Source of the DNA: Candidatus Nomurabacteria bacterium
GTDB taxonomy: Bacteria > Patescibacteriota > Minisyncoccia > Phycocordibacterales > UBA5272
Direction: 5' to 3'
Assembly (NCBI GenBank): GCA_040376695.1
Contig: JBEIQD010000001.1
Coordinates: forward strand, 145,437 to 209,436
Length of the DNA: 64,000 nucleotides
Below the pieces are notes generated by a model. It had not been told where the DNA came from, did no database searches, and worked only from the letters and a program-made list of their open reading frames with translations. Position numbers and translations under genes: made by a program. Positions 29,971 to 39,650 of this stretch are shown here, piece by piece (position 1 is the first letter of the stretch; each line of letters opens with the position of its first letter).

Positions 29971-30660
29971 ATGGAAATACTCATGAACCAACCATTATTA
30001 CTCGTTCTTCTAAGTTCTGCCGCACTTCCTGCGCTTGCAGTCATTGCTCTTCTCTTGCGGAGGAATCTTTTTGAAGGAAAGCTCAAAATTGCTTTCCTAT
30101 CCATTGGGCTTGCTCTTCTTGTGTTTACTGTCTTCGCAACATTCAATGAACATGCTGAAGATTTAGGGTGGACAGACTTACTGGTTGCTGCAATCACGGC
30201 ACTCATTACCCTTTTCATTCTTTCTCGTTTTAATCATGGGCATGCTCATGACAAAGAATTAGAAGGGGCAAAAGGTATCGTGGTTAGTGAAGCCTTTCAT
30301 TCCCTCATCGACGGAGCAGTGATTGGTGCGACTTATTTGGTAAGCCCCTTGCTTGGATACGCTGCAACGCTTGGAATTATCATTCATGAGCTTCCAAAAA
30401 TCATTGGCACACTCACCGTGTTCCGTGGCTTAGGGCTTTCTATTAAAAAATCAATCGTGTACGGCATAGCAGCTCAAATAGGATCTCCTATTGCTGCAAT
30501 ACTTGTATACATGCTTGGAAAACAAATAGACCATGAACAGCTCCACGCGCTTGAAATAGCAAGTATTGCTTCTTTGGGTTCGATCGTACTGTGGATTATT
30601 TGGCTTGAGATTGGTTTCCACCGACGTCATCCAAAAAATCATGAAGGACATTCTCACTAG
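29971..30660 (+). CDS. ZIP-family metal (zinc) transporter ZupT-like
   Basis: HSLIDGAVIG and IIIHELPKIIG metal-binding TM motifs, His-rich cytoplasmic loop. Start placed at ATG (MEILMNQP...). Confidence 0.85.
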   Translation: MEILMNQPLLLVLLSSAALPALAVIALLLRRNLFEGKLKIAFLSIGLALLVFTVFATFNEHAEDLGWTDLLVAAITALITLFILSRFNHGHAHDKELEGAKGIVVSEAFHSLIDGAVIGATYLVSPLLGYAATLGIIIHELPKIIGTLTVFRGLGLSIKKSIVYGIAAQIGSPIAAILVYMLGKQIDHEQLHALEIASIASLGSIVLWIIWLEIGFHRRHPKNHEGHSH

Positions 30661-30784
30661 TGTGATCTTTTTACAAAGAGGCTGCGTAGCAGCCTCTTTT
30701 TTAATGCAAATAACTTGCATTAAAGTTTTTTAGATGCTACTATTCCTACATGCGTATTATTCGCATGTAAAAGGAGATACATCT

Positions 30785-31054
30785 ATGGGAAACCATACCA
30801 CGATTAAAGGTTGTTTACTTGATCCACCTTGTGCGTCTTGCGCTTTTGGATCAAACAAAACTTCTTCACCTGTCGTTCAAATTCTTATCCCCAAAAGAAG
30901 ATATGGGTGCACTAAGGGCGGAGGAGATATTGTCCGCACCGAACATGGTGTGGGAATACAAACCTCCACCGGTATCCGTTACCTGACAAAACAAGGAGAA
31001 GCTCGGGCGATTGAAAAAGGATACCCAGAACTTGTTATAGAAACATCATCATGA
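30785..31054 (+). CDS. Small Cys-containing hypothetical protein A (89 aa)
   Basis: SD AAAGGAG 8 nt upstream of ATG (MGNHTTIKGCLLDPPCASCAFG...). Shares motif ILI(P/R)..C-TK-G with the overlapping downstream ORF. Confidence 0.5.
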   Translation: MGNHTTIKGCLLDPPCASCAFGSNKTSSPVVQILIPKRRYGCTKGGGDIVRTEHGVGIQTSTGIRYLTKQGEARAIEKGYPELVIETSS

Positions 31055-31401
31055 CTCAAGAACTCAATTTGCAAAAAGTACACGTCTGTAAAAAAGGATC
31101 CACCGTTGGACGAGTTCCGGGACTTCTCTTGGGAACTAAAGATAACGGTATTCTTATACGCATGTGCACTAAAGTTGGGTGTAGTGTGCCCGTGGGGCTC
31201 ACACGAGCGTGTGATATGGATGTATACACAACAGAACTGTCTGTGCATATACACCCAACAGAAAAAGAAATTGAAGCACTGGCTGAACTTTCAAATCGAC
31301 TTGGTAGTTATGAAAAGTTTTATGAACTGGCGATCCCTGAAGGGGTAGACCCATTATTTGTGCGCTATCAAGAATTTTTTCCTAATAGATTTACGTTCTA
31401 G
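31051..31401 (+). CDS. Small Cys-containing hypothetical protein B (116 aa), paralogue of protein A
   Basis: ATGA start/stop overlap with the preceding ORF. Motif GILIRMCTKVGCSVP parallels VQILIPKRRYGCTKGGG of protein A. Followed by a terminator. Confidence 0.5.
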   Translation: MTQELNLQKVHVCKKGSTVGRVPGLLLGTKDNGILIRMCTKVGCSVPVGLTRACDMDVYTTELSVHIHPTEKEIEALAELSNRLGSYEKFYELAIPEGVDPLFVRYQEFFPNRFTF

Positions 31402-31407
31402 TACACC

Positions 31408-31436
31408 AAAGAGAGGCCTCGAGCCTCTCTTTTTAT
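31408..31436. terminator. Bidirectional terminator AGAGAGGCCTCGAGCCTCTCT + T-tract
   Basis: Seen directly. Shared by the small-protein pair (+) and mnmA (-). Confidence 0.65.
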
Positions 31437-32482
31437 TTCATAATACCCCCACCCACGCACTTGATATCATCATACAAAACGAGTGATTGTCCTGACGTAT
31501 GAATAAGTTCTCCCTCTAAAACTTCTACTTTCCATCCATCTTCACCCCTTAATACCTTCACCTTTGCTAAAGAGGCTCGGTAGCGACCTCGCGCGCTATA
31601 TACGCTTTCTTGTGTAGGAGTTCCGTTCACAAAACTCACCTTTTCTAAAACTATTTCCTGACTTTTTTCTGTGTGTGGTTTGGTGTGAGAAACAATAAGT
31701 GTATTCTTTTCTAAGTCTTTTCTAATAATATAATAAGGTGCATCATCAGTGCTTTTTTTTATTATGGTAAAACCGTGTCGTTCACCGATAGTGTAAAACA
31801 TAACTCCCGTATGGCTCCCTATGACCGCACCTGCTTCATCTATCACATCCCCTGCCTCCTCTTTGATGTATTCTTTAAGAAGCGTTTTTAAATCAATCGT
31901 TCCAATAAAACAAAGTCCCTGGCTATCCTTTTTAGTACTTGTGTAGAGATTTCTTTTTTCAGCCTCTTTTCGTACATCGTCCTTTTCCATGTGCCCAATT
32001 GGGAACAATACATGCTCAAGATCGTTTTTAGTAAGTGTCCACAAGAAGTATGTTTGATCTTTGTTTATATCCTTCGGAAGAAGTAGGTGTGTATTATCAG
32101 TCAGAGCATAATGTCCCGTTGCTATATAATCAGCCCCTTGTTGCTTAGCCCATTTCCAGAATGCCCCAAACTTTACCTCACGGTTACACATCACATCAGG
32201 GTTTGGCGTACGACCAATTCTGTATTCTTCTATCATATAATCAATAACGCCTTGCTTGTATTCCTTTTCAAGATCAAGTGTTACGAATGGAATACCTAAC
32301 TGAGAAGCAACTCGCATAGCATCTAATCTATCCTCTTTCCACGTACATTCAATAAAATCTGGTTGCCATACTTTAATGAATACGCCAGTTACATCGTACC
32401 CCTGTTCAAGAAGTAACGCAGCAGAAACAGACGAATCGACTCCGCCTGACATGCCAACATATACTTTCTTCTTGTTATTCAT
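31433..32482 (-). CDS. mnmA: tRNA-specific 2-thiouridylase MnmA
   Basis: PP-loop VYVGMSGGVDSSVSA. Conserved catalytic Cys region. 349 aa. Confidence 0.9.
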   Translation of the reverse strand: MNNKKKVYVGMSGGVDSSVSAALLLEQGYDVTGVFIKVWQPDFIECTWKEDRLDAMRVASQLGIPFVTLDLEKEYKQGVIDYMIEEYRIGRTPNPDVMCNREVKFGAFWKWAKQQGADYIATGHYALTDNTHLLLPKDINKDQTYFLWTLTKNDLEHVLFPIGHMEKDDVRKEAEKRNLYTSTKKDSQGLCFIGTIDLKTLLKEYIKEEAGDVIDEAGAVIGSHTGVMFYTIGERHGFTIIKKSTDDAPYYIIRKDLEKNTLIVSHTKPHTEKSQEIVLEKVSFVNGTPTQESVYSARGRYRASLAKVKVLRGEDGWKVEVLEGELIHTSGQSLVLYDDIKCVGGGIMK

Positions 32483-32517
32483 TATCCAAATCTACCACGG
32501 AGATACACCTTTTCAAA

Positions 32518-33069
32518 CTAAGCATTCATCATCTTTCGATAACATGCCACAAGAGCTTTTGTGTCAGCAAGCGCTGTATGAGCTTTACTATTTTCCACCT
32601 TAAGCAATTCACAGAGTGCGCGAAGGGAGAATTTATCCGCTTGTGGAGCGTCGTAGAGTCGAGCAAATGCCATAGAGATGGTATCTAACTTCGCATAGTG
32701 CATACGACTATCCACGCCAGTTTCCTCAAATGCTTTTTGAATAAAAGCGTAATCAAACACAAGGTTATGTGACACAAAGGTTGCACTCTGCGTCTTCTTT
32801 GCAAATTCTTCCATCGCCTTTTTTCGATCCACTGCAAACATCCAATCAACTTCGTTATACCCGTTCACACGAAGTGCTTGTTCATCAGCTAGTTCAAGAC
32901 GCTCTGGTTTTATCTTCCACTCGCACTCTTCAATAATTTCAAGCGATGGACCCCTTCCTGGTCGTTCAACCTGACGAGCGATAACACAAGCAAGTTCAAT
33001 GATTTCATGTTTATTTGGATCAAACCCTGTTGTTTCTGTGTCGATAAAAGCGAGATTGTGAATTTTCAT
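32518..33069 (-). CDS. DEDDh 3'-5' exonuclease (DnaQ/epsilon-like)
   Basis: Exo I motif FIDTETTGFD. Exo III HxAxxD (HTALADTKAL). Confidence 0.8.
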   Translation of the reverse strand: MKIHNLAFIDTETTGFDPNKHEIIELACVIARQVERPGRGPSLEIIEECEWKIKPERLELADEQALRVNGYNEVDWMFAVDRKKAMEEFAKKTQSATFVSHNLVFDYAFIQKAFEETGVDSRMHYAKLDTISMAFARLYDAPQADKFSLRALCELLKVENSKAHTALADTKALVACYRKMMNA

Positions 33070-33099
33070 GCGGGATAAGTAACTAGTAGATAAAGATTT

Positions 33100-33996
33100 T
33101 TAACGAAGATATTTTTCAATATTTTTCTTGTGCTCGGCAAACGTTTTTGAGTAGTACATTTTACCATCACGTCCTGTTAAATAATAGAGATACGGATTTA
33201 CTGTTGGGTTGAAGACTGCGTCTATTGCAATCAGTCCAGGATTGTTAATAGGTTGTTCTGGAATGCCACTTTTCCTATAGGTAACTTCGGCAACATCCAC
33301 CTGAAGACGCATTCCCTTGGAAAGGCGTTCTTGTAAAATTCCTGAAACAATCTTCATATCTTTTGGAGTGTTGGCTTCTCCTTCGATAATTGATGCTAAT
33401 GAAATAACTGCTCGCTGTGTAGGAACAAACCGTGGGTAACTTACCTCTCCAAATTCTGCAGCGTACTGTTTATCAAACGTAGTCTTCATCCGCTCTATAA
33501 TATCTTTTTCGGTGAATGAAGGGAGTGGGTAATATGTTGAAGGAAAAAGATATCCGTCTAAGTTATCTTTTTGTACCAACTCTCCAAAGACATCAACTGA
33601 AATAGTTGGAACTGCTTTTTTGAAAGCTTCTGCAATATCTTTAGTTGTATATCCTTCAGGAATTGTTACTGAAAGAAGAGGCTCATCTGGACCTTTAACA
33701 AATTTTGCAACAATGACACCTAGTGGTGCTTTTGAAGTAAATACATATACCCCCAGATCTATTGCTGTATCCCGACCAAGTATTGAAATCCAGCCTCTAA
33801 AAAATAAAGCCGAATTAATTATCTTTTCTTTTTCGAGACGTTCACTCACACTATAAAGACTCTCACCTTCTCCCACTTGAAACCTTTGCCCTTCAGGAAA
33901 AGAAGTAGGCGCATTGAAAGCTAAACTGTAGGCCAATAAGCCAAATATAAGAACTCCTGCAATCGCTATAATTTGTATTTTATCGTGAATACGCAT
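33100..33996 (-). CDS. mltG: Endolytic murein transglycosylase MltG (YceG family)
   Basis: N-terminal TM anchor plus YceG-like domain (GYLFPSTYY, IASIIEGEA). Confidence 0.8.
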   Translation of the reverse strand: MRIHDKIQIIAIAGVLIFGLLAYSLAFNAPTSFPEGQRFQVGEGESLYSVSERLEKEKIINSALFFRGWISILGRDTAIDLGVYVFTSKAPLGVIVAKFVKGPDEPLLSVTIPEGYTTKDIAEAFKKAVPTISVDVFGELVQKDNLDGYLFPSTYYPLPSFTEKDIIERMKTTFDKQYAAEFGEVSYPRFVPTQRAVISLASIIEGEANTPKDMKIVSGILQERLSKGMRLQVDVAEVTYRKSGIPEQPINNPGLIAIDAVFNPTVNPYLYYLTGRDGKMYYSKTFAEHKKNIEKYLR

Positions 33997-33998
33997 AC

Positions 33999-35516
33999 CT
34001 ATTGAGGAAGATTAACTGGAGCAACACCTTTAGCACTATCAATACGTGGAAGTGTAGGAGTTGTGGCAACTGCGCCAGGTAAGTGCCATAGAGTAGCAAG
34101 TTCCTCAAGGTTAAGTGTAAATACTTCGTCCGCATGTGGGTGACTAAATGGATGGAAAAATCCTTCATACACCATACGCCATAGTTTTCTTGTCTTCATA
34201 TCAGAACCCCAGAAAGCAGAATCCTCCCGTTTGTCGAGCCATTCTCTTCCTTCGATATGAGGATAGAAACCTTCACGTTCAACATACGCCTCAAACATCT
34301 CTTCTGTTCTCCAAGGAATTCTTCGTCCTTTATAATTCTGCCAATTAAAGTCGTACGGAGTTGTCACTTTCTTAAAGCTAACAGAGTTTATTCCCACGGT
34401 AGGCTTGTGAACACTGAGGATATTTTGAATATTTCCTCCATTAAATTTTCCTTTATTTTTATCTACCACATACAACATGCGTATGATGACGTTTGCGAGC
34501 GGCTTTGATAGCTTCTTATTAACTGCTTCTATGAGATCCTTGTCTTCAGAACTTAAATCCATTTCCTTTTTTGAAATGGCTTTTGTTTTTTGATGTACAG
34601 CATCTCCAAAAATTGGCTTTCCCTCTGCGTCTTTACCGGTTTGCTTTTGTTTTATATCACCTTCATCATCGTATACTTTATCTCCTTTTTTGACCCAACC
34701 GCCTATTTTTAGTTGTTTCTTGTACTTGTCAGCCATATCCTTAAGAGATAAATGCTCATGTGATATTTCATTAAGATAAAGCTTTGGCATCTTCCTGCCG
34801 TCATACACTGACTCATCTTGAAGAATAATTTGGTACCACAAATATTCACCCTTTCCCATACTTCCCATCATTTCTAAGATTGGCGTAATTGGATCAATTT
34901 TAAATTCTTCTTTTGGATCCTTATCAAGACCGTAATCTACGTATGTCTTAATAGGTAAAAAATCCGCCTTCATTTTATACGGCTCTCCTTTTTTATCTTT
35001 ATATGGTTCCCCTTCATCCTCATTAGTTGGCGTCCAAGATTTTTGAAGTCCGTATGTTTCCCCCCAACATTCCACATCTTTTGAAAGGTGATGGTATCTA
35101 ATGAGATTTGTATAGTCATCGGCTTCAACGATTTCAATGCCTGGATATTGCGCATAAAAATTAGACTCCACAAGTGAACGGAACTTACCTTGTGTACGAA
35201 TATAAAAATGAATTACTCCCTCAAGAGAAGCTATTTCAAGCGATGAATACATTGGAAGATTCCCTTGGAAATATTTGTTATACCAAGTACCGATACCTCC
35301 TCCTTGTAAAAGAGAAGCGAGCGCAACTTCCGTTGCATACGGGGATTTAAAGATTTCACGAGGGAGCTTGATTTCAAGCATGATATATTCCTGACTCGTT
35401 TTATTTAAATATTTCTGATTAATATACATCATCCAGAACCTCCACGACCATGCACATAGAAGTAGGAATAGACAAAAATAGATAAGGCTGAGCGCGATAT
35501 CAATGAGGAGTTGCAT
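33999..35516 (-). CDS. Hypothetical membrane-anchored protein (505 aa)
   Basis: N-terminal TM helix (IALSLIYFCLFLLLCAWSW) followed by a large soluble domain with Lys/Asp-rich central low-complexity segment. No recognisable catalytic motif. Stop abuts mltG start (operon). Confidence 0.65.
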   Translation of the reverse strand: MQLLIDIALSLIYFCLFLLLCAWSWRFWMMYINQKYLNKTSQEYIMLEIKLPREIFKSPYATEVALASLLQGGGIGTWYNKYFQGNLPMYSSLEIASLEGVIHFYIRTQGKFRSLVESNFYAQYPGIEIVEADDYTNLIRYHHLSKDVECWGETYGLQKSWTPTNEDEGEPYKDKKGEPYKMKADFLPIKTYVDYGLDKDPKEEFKIDPITPILEMMGSMGKGEYLWYQIILQDESVYDGRKMPKLYLNEISHEHLSLKDMADKYKKQLKIGGWVKKGDKVYDDEGDIKQKQTGKDAEGKPIFGDAVHQKTKAISKKEMDLSSEDKDLIEAVNKKLSKPLANVIIRMLYVVDKNKGKFNGGNIQNILSVHKPTVGINSVSFKKVTTPYDFNWQNYKGRRIPWRTEEMFEAYVEREGFYPHIEGREWLDKREDSAFWGSDMKTRKLWRMVYEGFFHPFSHPHADEVFTLNLEELATLWHLPGAVATTPTLPRIDSAKGVAPVNLPQ

Positions 35517-35609
35517 GAGAATAGTATATCAGTAATAACTGGGAACTGACCAGTAGAAAAGCGACATGTGTATGTCGCTTTTCTGGATTCTTTATATAGA
35601 TATTAAACT

Positions 35610-36638
35610 TTATGCCAATGTGTATTCTCCAGCAACCTTACGGAAATACTTTGCATTCTGAAGATTTACGAGAACTGTGTTTGGTTTTACAATACGCTTT
35701 GCAAGTACTCGTTTTACAATTTCATCTTTTGGAAGTGGACGCCCTGATTCCTTAAGAACTTCAGTGATCACATCACGCACAACTCCTCCTGTGTGCCCCC
35801 AATCTTTAAGTCCGTACATTCCACGGCCAACAAGAACAAATCGAGAGTCTTTAATGAGTTCATTGTGACATGTGGCAACATGAGCCTTCTTTCCGAATGT
35901 CTTGTTGATTTCTGTAGCAACCTCCTTGAAGTGCATAGGGCGTCCAGCGCGTCGCATAATCAAATATGCATAATCCTTAATACCGCGAGCCTTAACATGT
36001 GGAGATGATGTGCGACCCCACTCTGAAAGCTGGTTCTTCCCAATTACTTTTGAAAGTGCAAGGTAGCGGTAAATAACTTCTTTGTTATCCTTAAATTCTC
36101 CAATAACTTCTGTAAGATGACTTACAAAACGAGTAAAGATTTCTTCTTCTGTTACGAGGTCTTCTTCATCAATTGAACTATAGAGCTTCTGGAGAGCCTC
36201 ACGAATATGTGTTGCGTGCTTATCGTCAATTGAAAAATGAGCATGGAAATGATCATCCTCTTTGTGCTTCTTAAATTCATCCCCAAGGGCGAGATAGAGG
36301 TTGATGTGGTTCTGAACTACAGGATCCTTTGAAATATGACGCATGAGGTGCTCCTCTGAAACAACAGCTCCGAGTTCCTTAAGAACAGACTTAAGTTCAT
36401 CAAACACAAAAGCGTGTTCCTTAAATTCCTTTGACTTCTTAACTGAGGCAAGAGCGAAATTTTCAATCTGACGAACACGTTCTCGAGTAATGTCGTATGT
36501 CTTTCCAATAGCTTCAAGCGTCATGCGACCTTCCTTCTCAAGTCCATAGCGATTAACCACAATCTCACGAGTACGTGGGTTGAGGGTGGTGAGAAGCTTC
36601 TTCGAAACTGCTTTAGGTTTAAAGGTTATTCCTGCCAT
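35610..36638 (-). CDS. DNA-binding protein with N-terminal sigma-70 region-4-like HTH and C-terminal HARE-HTH-like domain
   Basis: TLEAIGKTYDITRERVRQIENFAL matches sigma-70 r4. C-terminus MHFKEVATEINKTF...SRFVLVGRGMYGLKDW resembles the HARE-HTH (RpoE/delta N-terminal) fold. Confidence 0.65.
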   Translation of the reverse strand: MAGITFKPKAVSKKLLTTLNPRTREIVVNRYGLEKEGRMTLEAIGKTYDITRERVRQIENFALASVKKSKEFKEHAFVFDELKSVLKELGAVVSEEHLMRHISKDPVVQNHINLYLALGDEFKKHKEDDHFHAHFSIDDKHATHIREALQKLYSSIDEEDLVTEEEIFTRFVSHLTEVIGEFKDNKEVIYRYLALSKVIGKNQLSEWGRTSSPHVKARGIKDYAYLIMRRAGRPMHFKEVATEINKTFGKKAHVATCHNELIKDSRFVLVGRGMYGLKDWGHTGGVVRDVITEVLKESGRPLPKDEIVKRVLAKRIVKPNTVLVNLQNAKYFRKVAGEYTLA

Positions 36639-36684
36639 ATGTAGTGATATATAATATACATTCTACCAGAACTTGCCAAAAACG

Positions 36685-39564
36685 TCAAATTACGATATTT
36701 ATGAGCTTGTTAGGCACAAAAATGATTTTCTTTGGGGTAGCTTCGCCTACATATTTCTGGAAGAAGTCAGTTTTCTTAACCTCGTCTAACACGTGTATCT
36801 CTGTCGTATCATGAGGAACTGTAAGGGTTCCTCGCAACTTACCGCCAATTTGAACCGCGATAGTGGCGCTCGCTTCACGGATGTAATTTTCATCATAGAC
36901 AGTCCAATCAGCTGCGTGGATCGAACCTTCTTCCCCTAGCTGGTTCCATAGCTCTTCTGTAATATGAGGTGCGAATGGAGCTAAAACCTTGAGGAACTCC
37001 GTGTACCAATACTGAGAAATTGAAGCTTCTTCATCGGCTTGATTAAGGCAAATCATCATCGCACTAATGGCGGTATTAAATTTGAAACCTTCAATATCTT
37101 CACCTACTTTTTTAATTGTTTTATGAAGCAATGACTTCATCTTATCTGAGTCAGCAACATCAGCAGATACTTTACCGGAGAGCTTCCATACCCGCTCTAA
37201 AAAGCGCTCAGTGCCTGCAATTCCTTTCGTATCCCAAGCAACTGTTTGCTCAAATGGACCCATAAACATTTCATACATACGAAGTGTGTCTGCTCCGTAT
37301 TGATTAACCACATCGTCTGGGTTAATAACGTTCCCTGCACGTTTACTCATTTTGCGTCCGTCTTCCGCAAGAATGAATCCGAGGAATTCAAGTCGTGAAA
37401 AAGGTTCATCGTTTGACACAACACCAATGTCATATAAAAACTTGTGCCAAAAACGAGCATAGATTAAATGGCGGGTTGCGTGGTCTCCTCCAACATAGAC
37501 ATCCACCGGCTGCCATTTCTTTTCAATCCCCGCATCAGTAAGAGCTTGAGAGTTATGCGGATCAGCGAAACGAAGATAGTACCATGATGAACCGGCCCAC
37601 TGCGGCATAGTGTTTGTTTCGCGAGTAAAGCGCTTTGCTTGTGGATGAGATGATTCGCAACTTACAAACTCCCCTTCTTCATTAAGATATCCCGTAATGT
37701 TCACCCAAGATTCTATAGCCGCAAGGGGGCTTTCTCCTGTTCCTGTCGGTTCATATTTTTCTACCTCAGGCAATCTAACTGGAAGCTCACTGTCAGCAAC
37801 AACATAGGCAACATGATTCTCATCAAATACAATTGGAAAAGGTTCACCCCAATATCTTTGTCGTGCGAACACCCAATCTTTCAAACGATATCGAGAGATA
37901 AGTTTTCCTCCGACAACTTCAGTGATTTTTTTACGTGCTTCTTCAGAAGAAACTCCGACATGACTTCCAGAATTAACGAGCACACCTTCCCCTGTGTACG
38001 CGACATCTTTACCCGCCTTAAGTCGAGCTAACCAAAGTGGAAGCTCTGAGTTCACCATTTTTCCTGGAACAAAATCAGATGCATCTACCCAAACAATCTC
38101 ATTTCCTTCATCTTCTGCGATTCCTACATTTGTTTCATCCTCCAGCTCAAAATAGAGAGCAGAGGCAATCGCTAGTCTATTTTCATCTTTATGCTTCGTA
38201 AAGTAACTTGTCTGCACTGGATTTCCAAGTGTTCGTTTATATACAACATTCACATATCCAGTTTCTTCTCGTAGTTCACGCTTTGCTGCTTCAACAAGAT
38301 CTTCTCCGTCATCAACACCCCCCATAACAACAGTGTCCCAGCCATGAGTTTCATTCCTTAAAATAAGATACTTTTTAGTGGCGGGATTATAGACAATAAC
38401 GTGAACGTTTCTTCGCTTCACTTCTCGCTTCCCTTCCTGGGGTGGATTAACTGTATCGACAATAGACGGACGAACAACTTCTTTAATTGGAAGATTGTAT
38501 GTCTGAGCAAATTCGAAATCACGTTCATCATGTGCTGGAACTGCCATAAGTGCACCTGTTCCAACTCCTCCCATCACATAATTGGCAATCCACACAGGAA
38601 TTTCTTCTTTCGTTGCTGGATTGATTGCATACACACCAGTAAAAATTCCTTTCTTCTCTTTATCAGCTCCATATCCAAGAGACTCTTGCTCATTTTGAAG
38701 CAAAGCAATAAAGCTAATAACTTCTGACGAGGCTTCCCATCCATTCTTAATCCATGTATTTGCAAGTTCAGCTGAAATAGCAACAAAGGTCGCGCCGTAG
38801 AGTGTATCTGGTCGAGTGGTAAACACTTTTTGAGATGGAGGGACACCCTTTCCTGCAGCTAATTCAAAATCAAACTCAGCCCCCTCACTTTTCCCAATCC
38901 AGTTCTTTTGTGCGAGCTTAACCCCTTCCGGCCATTCCAATGTATCCAAATCTGCAATCATGCGGTCTGCGTAATCAGTAATCTTAAGCACCCACTGACG
39001 AAGTGGTTTCTTTTCTACTTTGCTCCCGCAGCGTTCACAAGAGTCTCCTTCTAGATCTTCATTCGCAAGTCCAGTCTTGCATGATGGACACCAATTAATA
39101 GGTTCATTGCTTTCGTACGCGAGATCTTTCTTCCACATTTGTTTAAAAATCCACTGAGTCCATTTATAGAACTCTGGATCGGTTGTATTGATTTCTTTTG
39201 TCCAATCATAATTACATCCAATAATTGAAAGCTGCTCCTTAAAGCGAGCAATATTTTTCTCAACAGCAACTCGTGGATGAACTTTATGTTTAAGAGCAAA
39301 TTCCTCAGCAGGAAGACCAAAAGCATCCCATCCCATTGGGTGGAGTATTTCATAACCTGCCATTGTCTTCATTCGAGAATAAATATCAGTTGCGATATAT
39401 CCTTTAGGATGACCTACGTGAAGCCCTTCACCTGACGGGTATGGAAACATATCCAATACATACATTTTCTTTTTTGTGGTGGAAATATCAGTCTCATAGA
39501 GCTTTGTATCTGCCCACTTCTTCTGCCACTTAGATTCTATGTTTTTAGGATTATATGATTCCAT
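36685..39564 (-). CDS. leuS: Leucyl-tRNA synthetase with inserted NUDIX hydrolase domain
   Basis: HIGH (PYPSGEGLHVGHP), editing-domain TTRPDT, KMSKR. Between AHDERDFEFA and YRLKDW lies an extra ~140-aa segment with a complete Nudix box GGVDDGEDLVEAAKRELREETGY (GX5EX7REUXEEXGU). Confidence 0.9.
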   Translation of the reverse strand: MESYNPKNIESKWQKKWADTKLYETDISTTKKKMYVLDMFPYPSGEGLHVGHPKGYIATDIYSRMKTMAGYEILHPMGWDAFGLPAEEFALKHKVHPRVAVEKNIARFKEQLSIIGCNYDWTKEINTTDPEFYKWTQWIFKQMWKKDLAYESNEPINWCPSCKTGLANEDLEGDSCERCGSKVEKKPLRQWVLKITDYADRMIADLDTLEWPEGVKLAQKNWIGKSEGAEFDFELAAGKGVPPSQKVFTTRPDTLYGATFVAISAELANTWIKNGWEASSEVISFIALLQNEQESLGYGADKEKKGIFTGVYAINPATKEEIPVWIANYVMGGVGTGALMAVPAHDERDFEFAQTYNLPIKEVVRPSIVDTVNPPQEGKREVKRRNVHVIVYNPATKKYLILRNETHGWDTVVMGGVDDGEDLVEAAKRELREETGYVNVVYKRTLGNPVQTSYFTKHKDENRLAIASALYFELEDETNVGIAEDEGNEIVWVDASDFVPGKMVNSELPLWLARLKAGKDVAYTGEGVLVNSGSHVGVSSEEARKKITEVVGGKLISRYRLKDWVFARQRYWGEPFPIVFDENHVAYVVADSELPVRLPEVEKYEPTGTGESPLAAIESWVNITGYLNEEGEFVSCESSHPQAKRFTRETNTMPQWAGSSWYYLRFADPHNSQALTDAGIEKKWQPVDVYVGGDHATRHLIYARFWHKFLYDIGVVSNDEPFSRLEFLGFILAEDGRKMSKRAGNVINPDDVVNQYGADTLRMYEMFMGPFEQTVAWDTKGIAGTERFLERVWKLSGKVSADVADSDKMKSLLHKTIKKVGEDIEGFKFNTAISAMMICLNQADEEASISQYWYTEFLKVLAPFAPHITEELWNQLGEEGSIHAADWTVYDENYIREASATIAVQIGGKLRGTLTVPHDTTEIHVLDEVKKTDFFQKYVGEATPKKIIFVPNKLINIVI

Positions 39565-39650
39565 ACGTTATTACTACATACTATCACATTGCGTCTGTGA
39601 GATAAAAATAAAGAGCGCGCCTGTAGGCGCGCTCTTTATTTACTAACGGG

